A DNA stretch of 64,000 nucleotides from a virus. The stretch lies in IMG/VR virus record IMGVR_UViG_3300025018_000111, positions 1 through 64,000 of that record. The stretch is one strand, 5' to 3'. The notes under the pieces were generated by a model, which saw nothing but the letters and a program-made list of their open reading frames with translations, had not been told where the DNA came from and searched no databases. Of the stretch, positions 18,720 through 26,494 are shown in pieces. A program made the position numbers and the translations under genes. Numbering within the stretch: position 1 is the first letter of the stretch; each line of letters begins with the position of its first letter.

Positions 18720-19829
18720 ATGAAAAACATTATTAACAGAATCCAAGACGCTGAAACGAAGAAACTGATTTCGAAACAAAGCGAAAGAGTGAATAACGCT
18801 GTGAAATCTCTCATGATCTGGCATGAGTCTCAGTCTCGAAAATTCCCAGCTTTAATTGTAGGATCCAGTGGATCTTCAAAAAGTTTCATAACTTCATCTC
18901 TTTTCAAAGGGATTTTAGGAGAAAAGCAGGTTATTCACACAATTCCACCTTCTAAGGGTAGTTATTCAGACTTAATCGAATCCCAGATTTCCAGACCATT
19001 TGAAATGCTAATCATAGATGAAGCGCACAAATTTCATTTTGATGTCGAAACTATTCAACCCCATTCCATAGGTTTGACAATCGGTGAAACTTTTGTGCGC
19101 TATGATCAGTTAATTTTCATTTCTCATGCCGGTCTCGGAAAAAATACGAGCGAGGACGCTAGGCTGGAAACAATTGAGTTTGGAACGCCCGAACGGGATG
19201 AAATTATCTCGTTACTCGTTGAATATGAAGGTTTTTCAAGGGAAAAAGCGACTTGGGCTGCATGGCATAGCCCAAGGAATCTCCATGACGCAATCAAAAT
19301 TGCGAAATATTACCAGACTGATATGCAACCAACTATCAATCCTTGTGGGTTGCAAAACTCTGATCTCAAAACATTAGAGTATTACAGAGATTCGGAAAAG
19401 TCTTGCTCCAATTCCATCGGATCATGCGCAGCCAAATTATCATTAGACAACGACGCAATTAAAAATTCTGAAAGGCGGTTGAAAGCGGAAGGATTATTGA
19501 TTGTGGGTAAACAGTCAAAACGCAGCGCGACGGAAACAGGGCTGGATCTACTCTACACCATAGAGCAGAAATTAAAACCAGAACCAGAACCAGAACCAGA
19601 ACCCAAGCCAAAACCAAAACCAAAGGCAAAGCCGGAAGCAAAAGCAAAAGCTAAGGCAAAGCCAGAACCAACGCCAACGCCAAAACCAAAGGCAAAGGCA
19701 AAGGCAAAATCAGAACCAAAAGCCAAGCCGAAAGCCAAGGTGATTCCAACCAGTTCAGTTTCAACGAGTTACGAAACATTTCGGAATTCTATTGAAATTC
19801 CAGAAAATCCACTGGACAAACTGGACTGA
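18720..19829 (+). CDS. Divergent RuvB-like AAA+ ATPase with Pro/Lys/Ala-rich tail
   Basis: Walker A GSSGSSKS, Walker B LIIDEAH, SPRN sensor-2-like, GL..SD...L and RSATETG matching the RuvB C-terminal winged-helix pattern. Confidence 0.65.
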   Translation: MKNIINRIQDAETKKLISKQSERVNNAVKSLMIWHESQSRKFPALIVGSSGSSKSFITSSLFKGILGEKQVIHTIPPSKGSYSDLIESQISRPFEMLIIDEAHKFHFDVETIQPHSIGLTIGETFVRYDQLIFISHAGLGKNTSEDARLETIEFGTPERDEIISLLVEYEGFSREKATWAAWHSPRNLHDAIKIAKYYQTDMQPTINPCGLQNSDLKTLEYYRDSEKSCSNSIGSCAAKLSLDNDAIKNSERRLKAEGLLIVGKQSKRSATETGLDLLYTIEQKLKPEPEPEPEPKPKPKPKAKPEAKAKAKAKPEPTPTPKPKAKAKAKSEPKAKPKAKVIPTSSVSTSYETFRNSIEIPENPLDKLD

Positions 19830-19864
19830 TCTAGTCTAGTCCAGTCTAGTCTGGTTCCTCATGT

Positions 19865-19898
19865 CCCTAGTATCTCGTTTGATACTAGGGAATTTTTT
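19865..19898 (+). terminator. Rho-independent terminator
   Basis: CCCTAGTATC-loop-GATACTAGGG followed by a T-rich tract. Confidence 0.8.
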
Positions 19899-20749
19899 AT
19901 GTTCACATTTTCATTCAACTCTATTCAAATCGTTCCATATTCTCACTATAACACCGTTTTAATAAATATTCTCATTATTAGTTTGACAAGACCAAATAAA
20001 TATGAACGAAAATGTTTCTAATATCCTCGCTACAATATTCTAAATAATACCGATACAATGTTCTTTTCACGTTTCTTTCGTTTCGTTCAAATAATACAAG
20101 TGTCTTTTAATACAATTGTCTTTTCTGTTCATCTTCTCATTGATAAACGAATATTATTCAAATAAAGACAAATAAGTTGTAAATAAAGACATTTGTCTTT
20201 AGGCCCGTCGTTTTCATTTTTTCACCATACTCTTTTCTTTTTCTTCCTTTTATCGTATCAACAACAAGACAATCTTATCAGCGTTATTGATACAACCGTC
20301 ATAATACTAAGACAATGTTCGTGAGACTGAGTCTCAATCTCATTAGCTCGGTGTCGTCGCTGATCCAATACCCTGCGGAATAGTCGATATCATTGACATG
20401 GCCGAAAATCGCGCAGAATTGCCCCTAGGACGCCGTTTGACATGTCTCTGGTGTATTGGGATTAAAATGTAGCGAAACGAAGAAATTGATATAACTGGTT
20501 GATTATCAATTGGTTACAACTAAAATGAAATTATTTTAAAATTATTTTAAAAAACTGTTGACCTAATCCCAGAGTATGCTAGATTGATTGCAGGTTAGAG
20601 CGAGGATGGCGCGGGAATGGGGTTTCGCGCCATCTGGTTCTCTGGGGTCAGCTCTTTGACATTTTATATCGGATTTTATCCAGTGGAGTTGTGCGTCACA
20701 ACTCCACTGGAATCAACAATATTGACGCGATTTGTTAGGAGTTTTTTAG

Positions 20750-21343
20750 ATGAAGACCGAAGGAATTTTCCGAGTATCCTTATGGGATGCTTGGAATTCT
20801 GGTATGCCAGTTGGAGACTGGCATATCAGAAACGCTCATGGTCAAAAAATCTGCCATTCAATAGAATGGCAGGATCATGAGCAAAAAATTTCCGTTAAGG
20901 AGAGATTATCTCTCCTTAACGGAGATTCGTTCATTTCCGGTAGCTCTGCTACCGGAAAGACTGGCTTTGAAGGCAAAGTCCTTCAAAGAGCCGGAAACCA
21001 TTTATTGGTTTCCGGAAAAGCGTGGTTTGCGAGCCACGCTTGCGGAGTGGACAGTGACAGTGTATGGGTTGATACCCACACTTTCTCCATGTCATTCCGT
21101 CCAAACTGCCAATATGTTGGCAGTTTGGATGGAAAGAAATTTCTGCCACTCGTAAGAGCGGTGGCAGAAATGCGAGCGGAAGAACTGGCAACCCGAATTG
21201 ACGACTATAAAAAGTCGTCATGGTTGAAGCCAGAGGTTTTGGCCTTCATGGAGCGCAGACTGCGCTCCATGGAAAAAATCACTGAACTCCATACCTTTGG
21301 GAATGGAGTTCGGGGAAAAGGACTGGTCACGATACCAGTCTAA
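20750..21343 (+). CDS. hypothetical protein
   Basis: 197-aa ORF with promoter at 20558, structured leader and own terminator. Confidence 0.7.
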   Translation: MKTEGIFRVSLWDAWNSGMPVGDWHIRNAHGQKICHSIEWQDHEQKISVKERLSLLNGDSFISGSSATGKTGFEGKVLQRAGNHLLVSGKAWFASHACGVDSDSVWVDTHTFSMSFRPNCQYVGSLDGKKFLPLVRAVAEMRAEELATRIDDYKKSSWLKPEVLAFMERRLRSMEKITELHTFGNGVRGKGLVTIPV

Positions 21344-21363
21344 CATCAGCAAAATAGAACACA

Positions 21364-21396
21364 AAGAGCATGGCTTTCGGCCATGCTCTTCTTTTT
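21364..21396 (+). terminator. Rho-independent terminator
   Basis: AAGAGCATGGC-TTTCG-GCCATGCTCTT followed by CTTTTT. Confidence 0.85.
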
Positions 21397-21562
21397 ACCC
21401 TTTCTTCACTACAATTGTATCAATAACATTGCTACAAGTGTAGCAATACCAATACAATAAAAGCGCCGTTTTTCACGCATTTTGCAAATACGACAATTGT
21501 AGCGAGATCCACCATAGTTTCTGAAAAATAAGACAAATGTAGTGGACGGCTGGGCGGGGGTG

Positions 21563-21696
21563 GGTTATACCCAAACGTACTAAAGCTCAAAAATCTTTAA
21601 GTACTAAAGCACAAAAATCTTTAAGAATATTACTCAAATCTTTAAGAATATTAGTCAACGTACTAAGCTCAAAAACCTTTGAAGGTGGTTATACCC
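21563..21696. repeat. Iteron-like tandem repeats bracketed by GGTTATACCC
   Basis: AAATCTTTAAG x3, TACTAA(A)GC.CAAAAA x3, GGTTATACCC at 21563 and 21687. Confidence 0.8.
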
Positions 21697-21936
21697 TAAT
21701 GTTCTTTTTCCTTATATCTCTCTCTAGCGTACGATTCATCAAAGGATGAACGAGCGGGGGGCATGGGGGGATACGAACAAAGTGAGTACCCCCCCCATTT
21801 ATGAATGGAAAAACCTTTTTGACTATTTTTGATAATCAAAAAGGAAAAATATGGGAAAAATATTTTTGTGGAAAACTCTTTGAAGATAGAGGGATATGTA
21901 TTTCTTAATATAGGTATATTGAAATCGTCAGAATCA

Positions 21937-22704
21937 TCAGACTAGGGGGTTCGGGGGAAACTCTTCTAAGAAGAGTCTCCCCTGATCTCCCCTGATTAAG
22001 ACTTCCGTTGTTTTTCTCTGGATTCCATCTTTATCCCTAATGTCCTTTTTGCTTTGACATTCCCAAACCGTCTCAAAACCTTTGGGGATATTCGATGAAT
22101 ATTCGGAAACGAATATCTGACAAGATTTTTGTCGGGACATATTTTTGACCCATTCATAAAACAGGTCGTGGTCAAAAGATCCCGCTTCTTTCGGAGAATA
22201 TCGGGTTGAATTCCGGTAGGGAATATCGCAATAAACTACGGAATTTTCGGGAATCTCTACGTCGGAATAATCGAGGTTGAATAAAGTGATATTTTTCCCC
22301 CTTAATTTGTCTATCTTTTTTACAATAGAATTAGAACCATTTTTCGCATAATTTCTTCCAGTATTGTCTCGACAATATCCTCCCCACCATTTGCCCGAAA
22401 ACGAACAGGCAAACCCAACGAACCCAACAAGAGCCGGATCATAAAGATCTGGGTTTTGTTTAATTTGCCGATATTCTTCTTCGGAAACGAAAGAGGGGGG
22501 AGTCCATCCTTTCAAACATTTCTCCCACATTTTTATGAGATACCGATGCTTATCATTCAGAATTATATTTTTCGACTTTATATTTGTCGCGATGTTTAAA
22601 GATCCGCAGAATAAATCGACAAAAGTATCATTTTCTGACATTTTTGAATTCAAAAACTCCGACAACGGTTTACTTATTCTAAATTTTCCTCCAAGGTAGT
22701 GCAT
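21937..22704 (-). CDS. DNA adenine methyltransferase (Dam/D12 class)
   Basis: YLGGK, DLFCGS motif I, YCDIPY motif IV, FDHDLFYEW, FVSEY. Confidence 0.9.
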   Translation of the reverse strand: MHYLGGKFRISKPLSEFLNSKMSENDTFVDLFCGSLNIATNIKSKNIILNDKHRYLIKMWEKCLKGWTPPSFVSEEEYRQIKQNPDLYDPALVGFVGFACSFSGKWWGGYCRDNTGRNYAKNGSNSIVKKIDKLRGKNITLFNLDYSDVEIPENSVVYCDIPYRNSTRYSPKEAGSFDHDLFYEWVKNMSRQKSCQIFVSEYSSNIPKGFETVWECQSKKDIRDKDGIQRKTTEVLIRGDQGRLFLEEFPPNPLV

Positions 22705-22745
22705 AATATCTTATCTTTCTTTTAATATAGCTATATTCGTTCCCA

Positions 22746-23165
22746 TTAGGGGGTTCGGGGGAAACTCTTCAAAGAAGAGTCTCCCCTGATTTTAAATTTG
22801 TCAAACTCTTTTTTAGAGGAAAATAGGAATACGATTTGAGCAAGGTCGTTTCGGTCCGTCGCCAATGCCGATAGATTTCCTTCAGAATAGCTAACCGACA
22901 ACCCGCCGAAAAGATATTCATTGTTGAGCCAGTTTTTGTTTTTAAAATTCTTCGGATTGGATAAAAAATCCAAGACCTTGAAAAATTCCGAAGATCCTTT
23001 GATTCTGAATTCAATTAAGGACGATTCATTAGGATCTTGAATTGTCAAGCGGATCGAATCGTCAGTATTTAAAATTTTAAATATTTTGAAGGAAGAAAGT
23101 TTCATCTCTAACAACGACCTACAGATTCTTTGGAGAGATTCAGCGCTTATTTGAGAGTTACTCAT
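22746..23165 (-). CDS. hypothetical protein
   Basis: ATG at 23165; C-terminus encoded by module A. Confidence 0.65.
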   Translation of the reverse strand: MSNSQISAESLQRICRSLLEMKLSSFKIFKILNTDDSIRLTIQDPNESSLIEFRIKGSSEFFKVLDFLSNPKNFKNKNWLNNEYLFGGLSVSYSEGNLSALATDRNDLAQIVFLFSSKKEFDKFKIRGDSSLKSFPRTP

Positions 23166-23181
23166 ATTTTTCTTTTTAAAT

Positions 23182-23466
23182 TCATATCCACCACCAAATA
23201 TATTGCCCAAATTCAGCTTCTATCAATTCGCCATGAATATTAGGATCGTATCGGACTTTGTTTACCATCCCAAGTTCCGATGCAATTTCCATGATCTCCT
23301 CACGAACTTCTGGATTCATATTTGCAAATAGTTTCCAAACTTTTTCACCGAATTGAGCCATCTTTGCAATTTGTAGCTCATCGGGTGATATTCCGATAGG
23401 TTCGCAGTGGTTTTCGTTAGCAGACTGCTCTATTTTAGAATCCCTTTTTAAATTATCACTTAGCAT
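23182..23466 (-). CDS. hypothetical protein
   Basis: Co-oriented ORF. Confidence 0.65.
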   Translation of the reverse strand: MLSDNLKRDSKIEQSANENHCEPIGISPDELQIAKMAQFGEKVWKLFANMNPEVREEIMEIASELGMVNKVRYDPNIHGELIEAEFGQYIWWWI

Positions 23467-23499
23467 ATCGTGTCCTTTGTATTTTAGTTTAGTTGCACG

Positions 23500-23541
23500 T
23501 TTTCAAAAGAAAGTCCCGTCATTCATGTCGGGGTAACTGAT
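23500..23541 (+). mobile_element. Orphan IS200/IS605 right-end-like hairpin
   Basis: 38/42 identical to the reverse complement of 26341-26382 and similar to the tnpB right end. Confidence 0.7.
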
Positions 23542-23549
23542 GTCAAATT

Positions 23550-23885
23550 TTAAAACCCAAGCAATTTCAATGCTTCATTAAATTTTTCGATTTCCTCGTT
23601 TATTTTTATATGAGCTTCATTTTCGCAAAACTCAATACATTCTTCTAAAGTATCGAATTCGTTATGGGTACAGGTTTCAACATATTTTCCTTTTCTATAT
23701 TGAATTGGACTGCAAAATTGTCGAAGTATATCACTATTAAAAGAGTATTCAATAGTTTCTTCATAATTCCCATGTTCATTCATAGGATCTATGGTTATTT
23801 TTCTAGATTTCCAGTTAGGATTCTTCATAATTTTGTCAATACTCGCAATCGACTTTAAATTCATGGTTGCATTCAGGGCAGACAA
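23550..23885 (-). CDS. hypothetical protein
   Basis: Co-oriented ORF; true start probably later. Confidence 0.6.
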   Translation of the reverse strand: MSALNATMNLKSIASIDKIMKNPNWKSRKITIDPMNEHGNYEETIEYSFNSDILRQFCSPIQYRKGKYVETCTHNEFDTLEECIEFCENEAHIKINEEIEKFNEALKLLGF

Positions 23886-24039
23886 CTTCAGTGTCTATGC
23901 TGTTTTTAGTTCTGCTTTCTCCAGTTTTCATGCTTTGACCTTCCCAAAAGTCTGGATAATCCAAAAGATTAACCCATTCTTTACATTTAGGACATTCGCA
24001 GTTTAGCTCAATAATCCATGTGGCTGTTACTTTACTCAT
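23836..24039 (-). CDS. small zinc-ribbon protein
   Basis: CPKC...CPEC. Confidence 0.7.
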   Translation of the reverse strand: MSKVTATWIIELNCECPKCKEWVNLLDYPDFWEGQSMKTGESRTKNSIDTEVVCPECNHEFKVDCEY

Positions 24040-24054
24040 TCTTTTATCTCCTTA

Positions 24055-24507
24055 TCATCTTTTAAATCGTGGTAGTTGAAATGATTCTCCAATAATTATC
24101 CACCCATCGCTCCTGTTTGCGATTCCAATTCTTTCGTATTTTTCCCTACAATCTTTCGCATTATGGACCACCACCCCTTCTTTATCCAAAGGGCGACAAA
24201 AACAATCTAATTGAGCATTATGGATTTCTCCATCACCGATAGGAATAACATGATTTCTTTTGCCGACCTTCAAGGGTTTAGATGCGGATTCGTTGCCAGA
24301 CAAAATTTCAAATATCTTAACCAAAATTTCAGAATCAGGTCCGTCTCTATTAAATTCTTCTATTGATTTTTGGATCTTGTCAGAAAGAATAATAACAGCT
24401 CTAGCCATATTGACCTGCTCTTCGTGCTTCCACTTCCATTCGTGTTCTGAACAAGTGACAAACGCCGAGCTAATTAGTGCGTCTTTTATTATTTGGTTTT
24501 TGTTCAT
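24055..24507 (-). CDS. hypothetical protein
   Basis: Co-oriented ORF with His/Cys cluster. Confidence 0.65.
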   Translation of the reverse strand: MNKNQIIKDALISSAFVTCSEHEWKWKHEEQVNMARAVIILSDKIQKSIEEFNRDGPDSEILVKIFEILSGNESASKPLKVGKRNHVIPIGDGEIHNAQLDCFCRPLDKEGVVVHNAKDCREKYERIGIANRSDGWIIIGESFQLPRFKR

Positions 24508-24605
24508 AATCTTTTTTTAATAGTACTCCATTTCCTTGATCTTTCTTTCAACAGCTTCGGCCTCAAACGATAGGCTGCTTTCACGATCTATGAGCTTCAT
24601 AATGT

Positions 24606-24848
24606 TCATCGCAATAATTTTTGACCGTACATTATAAAGTCTAATGCTCTTTTTAGCGTCATTCCCTCTCTGTCAGCCTCTTTAAAACACTGGACAAAAA
24701 CAGCAGCCTTGTTGTGGTCGTTGATAAAATTGTCCATGCCTGCTTCGGTCGCCCATTCCACAAACTGGCCTATTTTTAAATTGGTATCAAAATCCAAAAT
24801 GTCTCGCCCGCAGCGTGTAAGTTTAGTCATTCGTATTTTATCTCCCAC
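24606..24848 (-). CDS. hypothetical protein
   Basis: Co-oriented and coupled to upstream ORF. Confidence 0.55.
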   Translation of the reverse strand: MGDKIRMTKLTRCGRDILDFDTNLKIGQFVEWATEAGMDNFINDHNKAAVFVQCFKEADREGMTLKRALDFIMYGQKLLR

Positions 24849-25027
24849 TGTGGATGCAGTAATCGCACTTGGTTATCACCTTCAAATTTAACCTTTAAAT
24901 AGCCATGAACAGCGCCTACTATTTTTCCTCTAATTTCGTTTTCTTTACCCGAGTTCATAACAATTTTAGATCCCATTTTTGCTGGGACTTTGTAAGCTTT
25001 CCTTATGTAATGTAGCGTTGATTTCAT
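24827..25027 (-). CDS. small hypothetical phage protein
   Basis: YIR..Y.VPAK.G...G.I.G...YL.V...LHP.W pattern. Confidence 0.7.
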   Translation of the reverse strand: MKSTLHYIRKAYKVPAKMGSKIVMNSGKENEIRGKIVGAVHGYLKVKFEGDNQVRLLHPQWEIKYE

Positions 25028-25089
25028 AATCGTTTTGGATCAATTTTTTCAATTTCAACCACCCAATGAGTTGCGTTTTAGTTTAGTTA

Positions 25090-25311
25090 TCATTTATCCT
25101 CCTCCTTCGTAGTTGTTACTGGTTCAAATTTATCACCTCTCCACACCAGCTTTCCTGTTTGTTGGTCGTAACACATGACGCCTCTGTCAATCAATTCCCT
25201 GCGCGTGTCAGATACAACTGATTCCAAAACATAGTTTTGGAAAACAAGAAGCGCTATAATAAGAGTCAGGCCACCTAAGCCGAATAAAATTAAAAAATTT
25301 TCTGTATTCAT
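25090..25311 (-). CDS. small membrane protein
   Basis: N-terminal hydrophobic helix. Confidence 0.65.
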   Translation of the reverse strand: MNTENFLILFGLGGLTLIIALLVFQNYVLESVVSDTRRELIDRGVMCYDQQTGKLVWRGDKFEPVTTTKEEDK

Positions 25312-25349
25312 CCTTCAACCTCCTGCAATCAGTTTTTAATCTTTGAGTC

Positions 25350-25715
25350 CTACAAATAGGAGCCGACGATAGTTTCGCCGCCTACACTCATATCAAACCC
25401 ACGTGAGTAGTAACCATTATGAGAGTTATACAGAGCGAGATATATTTCCGAGCCATCTTTTCCCAATCTAAAAATTGCAACTTCGCATTCCAAATGCCCT
25501 CCGCCCAAACTCAACTCTTTAAAATAGTTCGTGTCAAATTGATATCCTTCAGTTTCGATCCCTTCGGCATTTTCTTCCTCAACGATCTCGGTCGGTTCAT
25601 TCGAGCAAACGAACCAACCAAATGATTCACAGCATTGTTGACAGTTATCAAATCCGATAAGAACATTGTTATCGTCAACAAAGTTAATTTTACCGTCATT
25701 ATTGAATATTTTCAT
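25350..25715 (-). CDS. conserved hypothetical phage protein (QCCE...HNGYY)
   Basis: QQCCES and YNSHNGYYS motifs; probable start MKIF. Confidence 0.7.
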   Translation of the reverse strand: MKIFNNDGKINFVDDNNVLIGFDNCQQCCESFGWFVCSNEPTEIVEEENAEGIETEGYQFDTNYFKELSLGGGHLECEVAIFRLGKDGSEIYLALYNSHNGYYSRGFDMSVGGETIVGSYL

Positions 25716-25819
25716 AGTTTTATTTTTCGGAACTTTTAGAATTTGCCACACCTTTTAATTTATATTTCCAATAAGCGTCGCACACAAGCTTCATCGCTTC
25801 CTCAGTATTTTCACTCATT

Positions 25820-26293
25820 TTAAAATAAACTTTTTGCAGTATTCTCAAAGATACGAATTAGCTGAGAGGACATTTGAAACCTAACTCCATTATGTTCGAT
25901 TGATTTTCCAATATTCCCATCGTTATGTCGCTCACTCGCAGCTTTCCAATCGCATAACATTTCAATTAAATCCAACAAATCCATATCATCAATTCCATTT
26001 TTATGGAATTCAGGATGGTGCCTATTGTTCGCATAATGGTGGTCTAATGCAGCCTGCATTTCTTTCCTATATTTATTATATTCTTCACTACCGTATGTTG
26101 TCCCAGATAATTTCGGAGTATATTCGGTAAATAACTCTACCTCTGGAGTTTTTAGTTTTGTTTGGTCGTGGATTTCTCCCCGATTATTCAACTCAAGCAC
26201 TACTTTGTTCAATAAATTCCGAACTCTTTCAATATGTCGGAACGTGTCGTAGTTAGTAGCCTTTTCTTCGAGTGTCAATTCTTTTTCATTCAT
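25820..26293 (-). CDS. HD-like metal-binding protein (DUF5662-like)
   Basis: RHI, HDQTK, HHY..NRHHPE, EMLCDW. Confidence 0.7.
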   Translation of the reverse strand: MNEKELTLEEKATNYDTFRHIERVRNLLNKVVLELNNRGEIHDQTKLKTPEVELFTEYTPKLSGTTYGSEEYNKYRKEMQAALDHHYANNRHHPEFHKNGIDDMDLLDLIEMLCDWKAASERHNDGNIGKSIEHNGVRFQMSSQLIRIFENTAKSLF

Positions 26294-26340
26294 AATTTTT
26301 TATTTTCAGAAAACAATTTTTCTAACAACCTTTGTTTTTC

Positions 26341-26382
26341 GTGAGCTACCCCGACATGAATGACGGGGCTTTCTTTTGAAAA
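26341..26382 (-). mobile_element. Orphan IS200/IS605 right-end-like hairpin
   Basis: - strand reads AAAGCCCCGTCATTCATGTCGGGGTAGCTCAC, with the same terminal GTAGCTCAC as the tnpB element. Confidence 0.7.
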
Positions 26383-26494
26383 ATTTGTAAGAAAATCGTT
26401 TTCGACATCTTTGTTCGCCGCTTCCCCCGAACCAAAAGGAGCATCACCAACGGATCTCACGATTCTCTCGATCCCAGTTACAGAACAGCTATAT

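Larger units (their letters stand above)
219..20585 (+). promoter_or_regulatory. Series of sigma70-type early promoters (TTGACA, 16-17 nt, mostly TGnTAnnnT), usually just after a terminator hairpin
   Basis: -35 boxes at about 219, 862, 1945, 2886, 3579, 4778, 7593, 8452, 10288, 11720, 13285, 13974, 14938, 15949, 16804, 17347, 18292, 20558. Confidence 0.8.
140..22737. repeat. Dispersed 14-bp palindrome AATATA-NN-TATATT, 34 copies
   Basis: Starts: 140, 768, 1859, 2811, 3474, 4695, 7106, 7509, 7949, 8384, 9533, 10230, 11360, 11652, 12393, 12823, 13087, 13167, 14238, 14303, 14767, 14865, 15128, 15378, 15870, 16551, 16633, 16714, 17242, 17794, 17876, 17943, 21907, 22724. Cores: CC x13, GG x12, GT x4, GA x3, TC x1, GC x1. 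Confidence 0.95.
12348..22789. repeat. Non-coding hairpin module A (~44 nt, TCAGGGGAGACTCTTC-loop-GAAGAGTTTCCCCCGAACCCCCTAG), 10 copies
   Basis: + strand at 12348, 12777, 13105, 14256, 14715, 15332, 16489, 17732; - strand at 21942-21985 and 22746-22789. Confidence 0.9.

Noticed and set aside
19553-19738. Phe/Gly/Ala-rich antisense ORF
   Set aside because: Reverse reading of the Pro/Lys/Ala tail of the RuvB-like gene
20617-21221. ORFs 20617-20880, 20877-21155 and 20949-21221
   Set aside because: Overlap the longer ORF 20750-21343, which has a promoter and terminator
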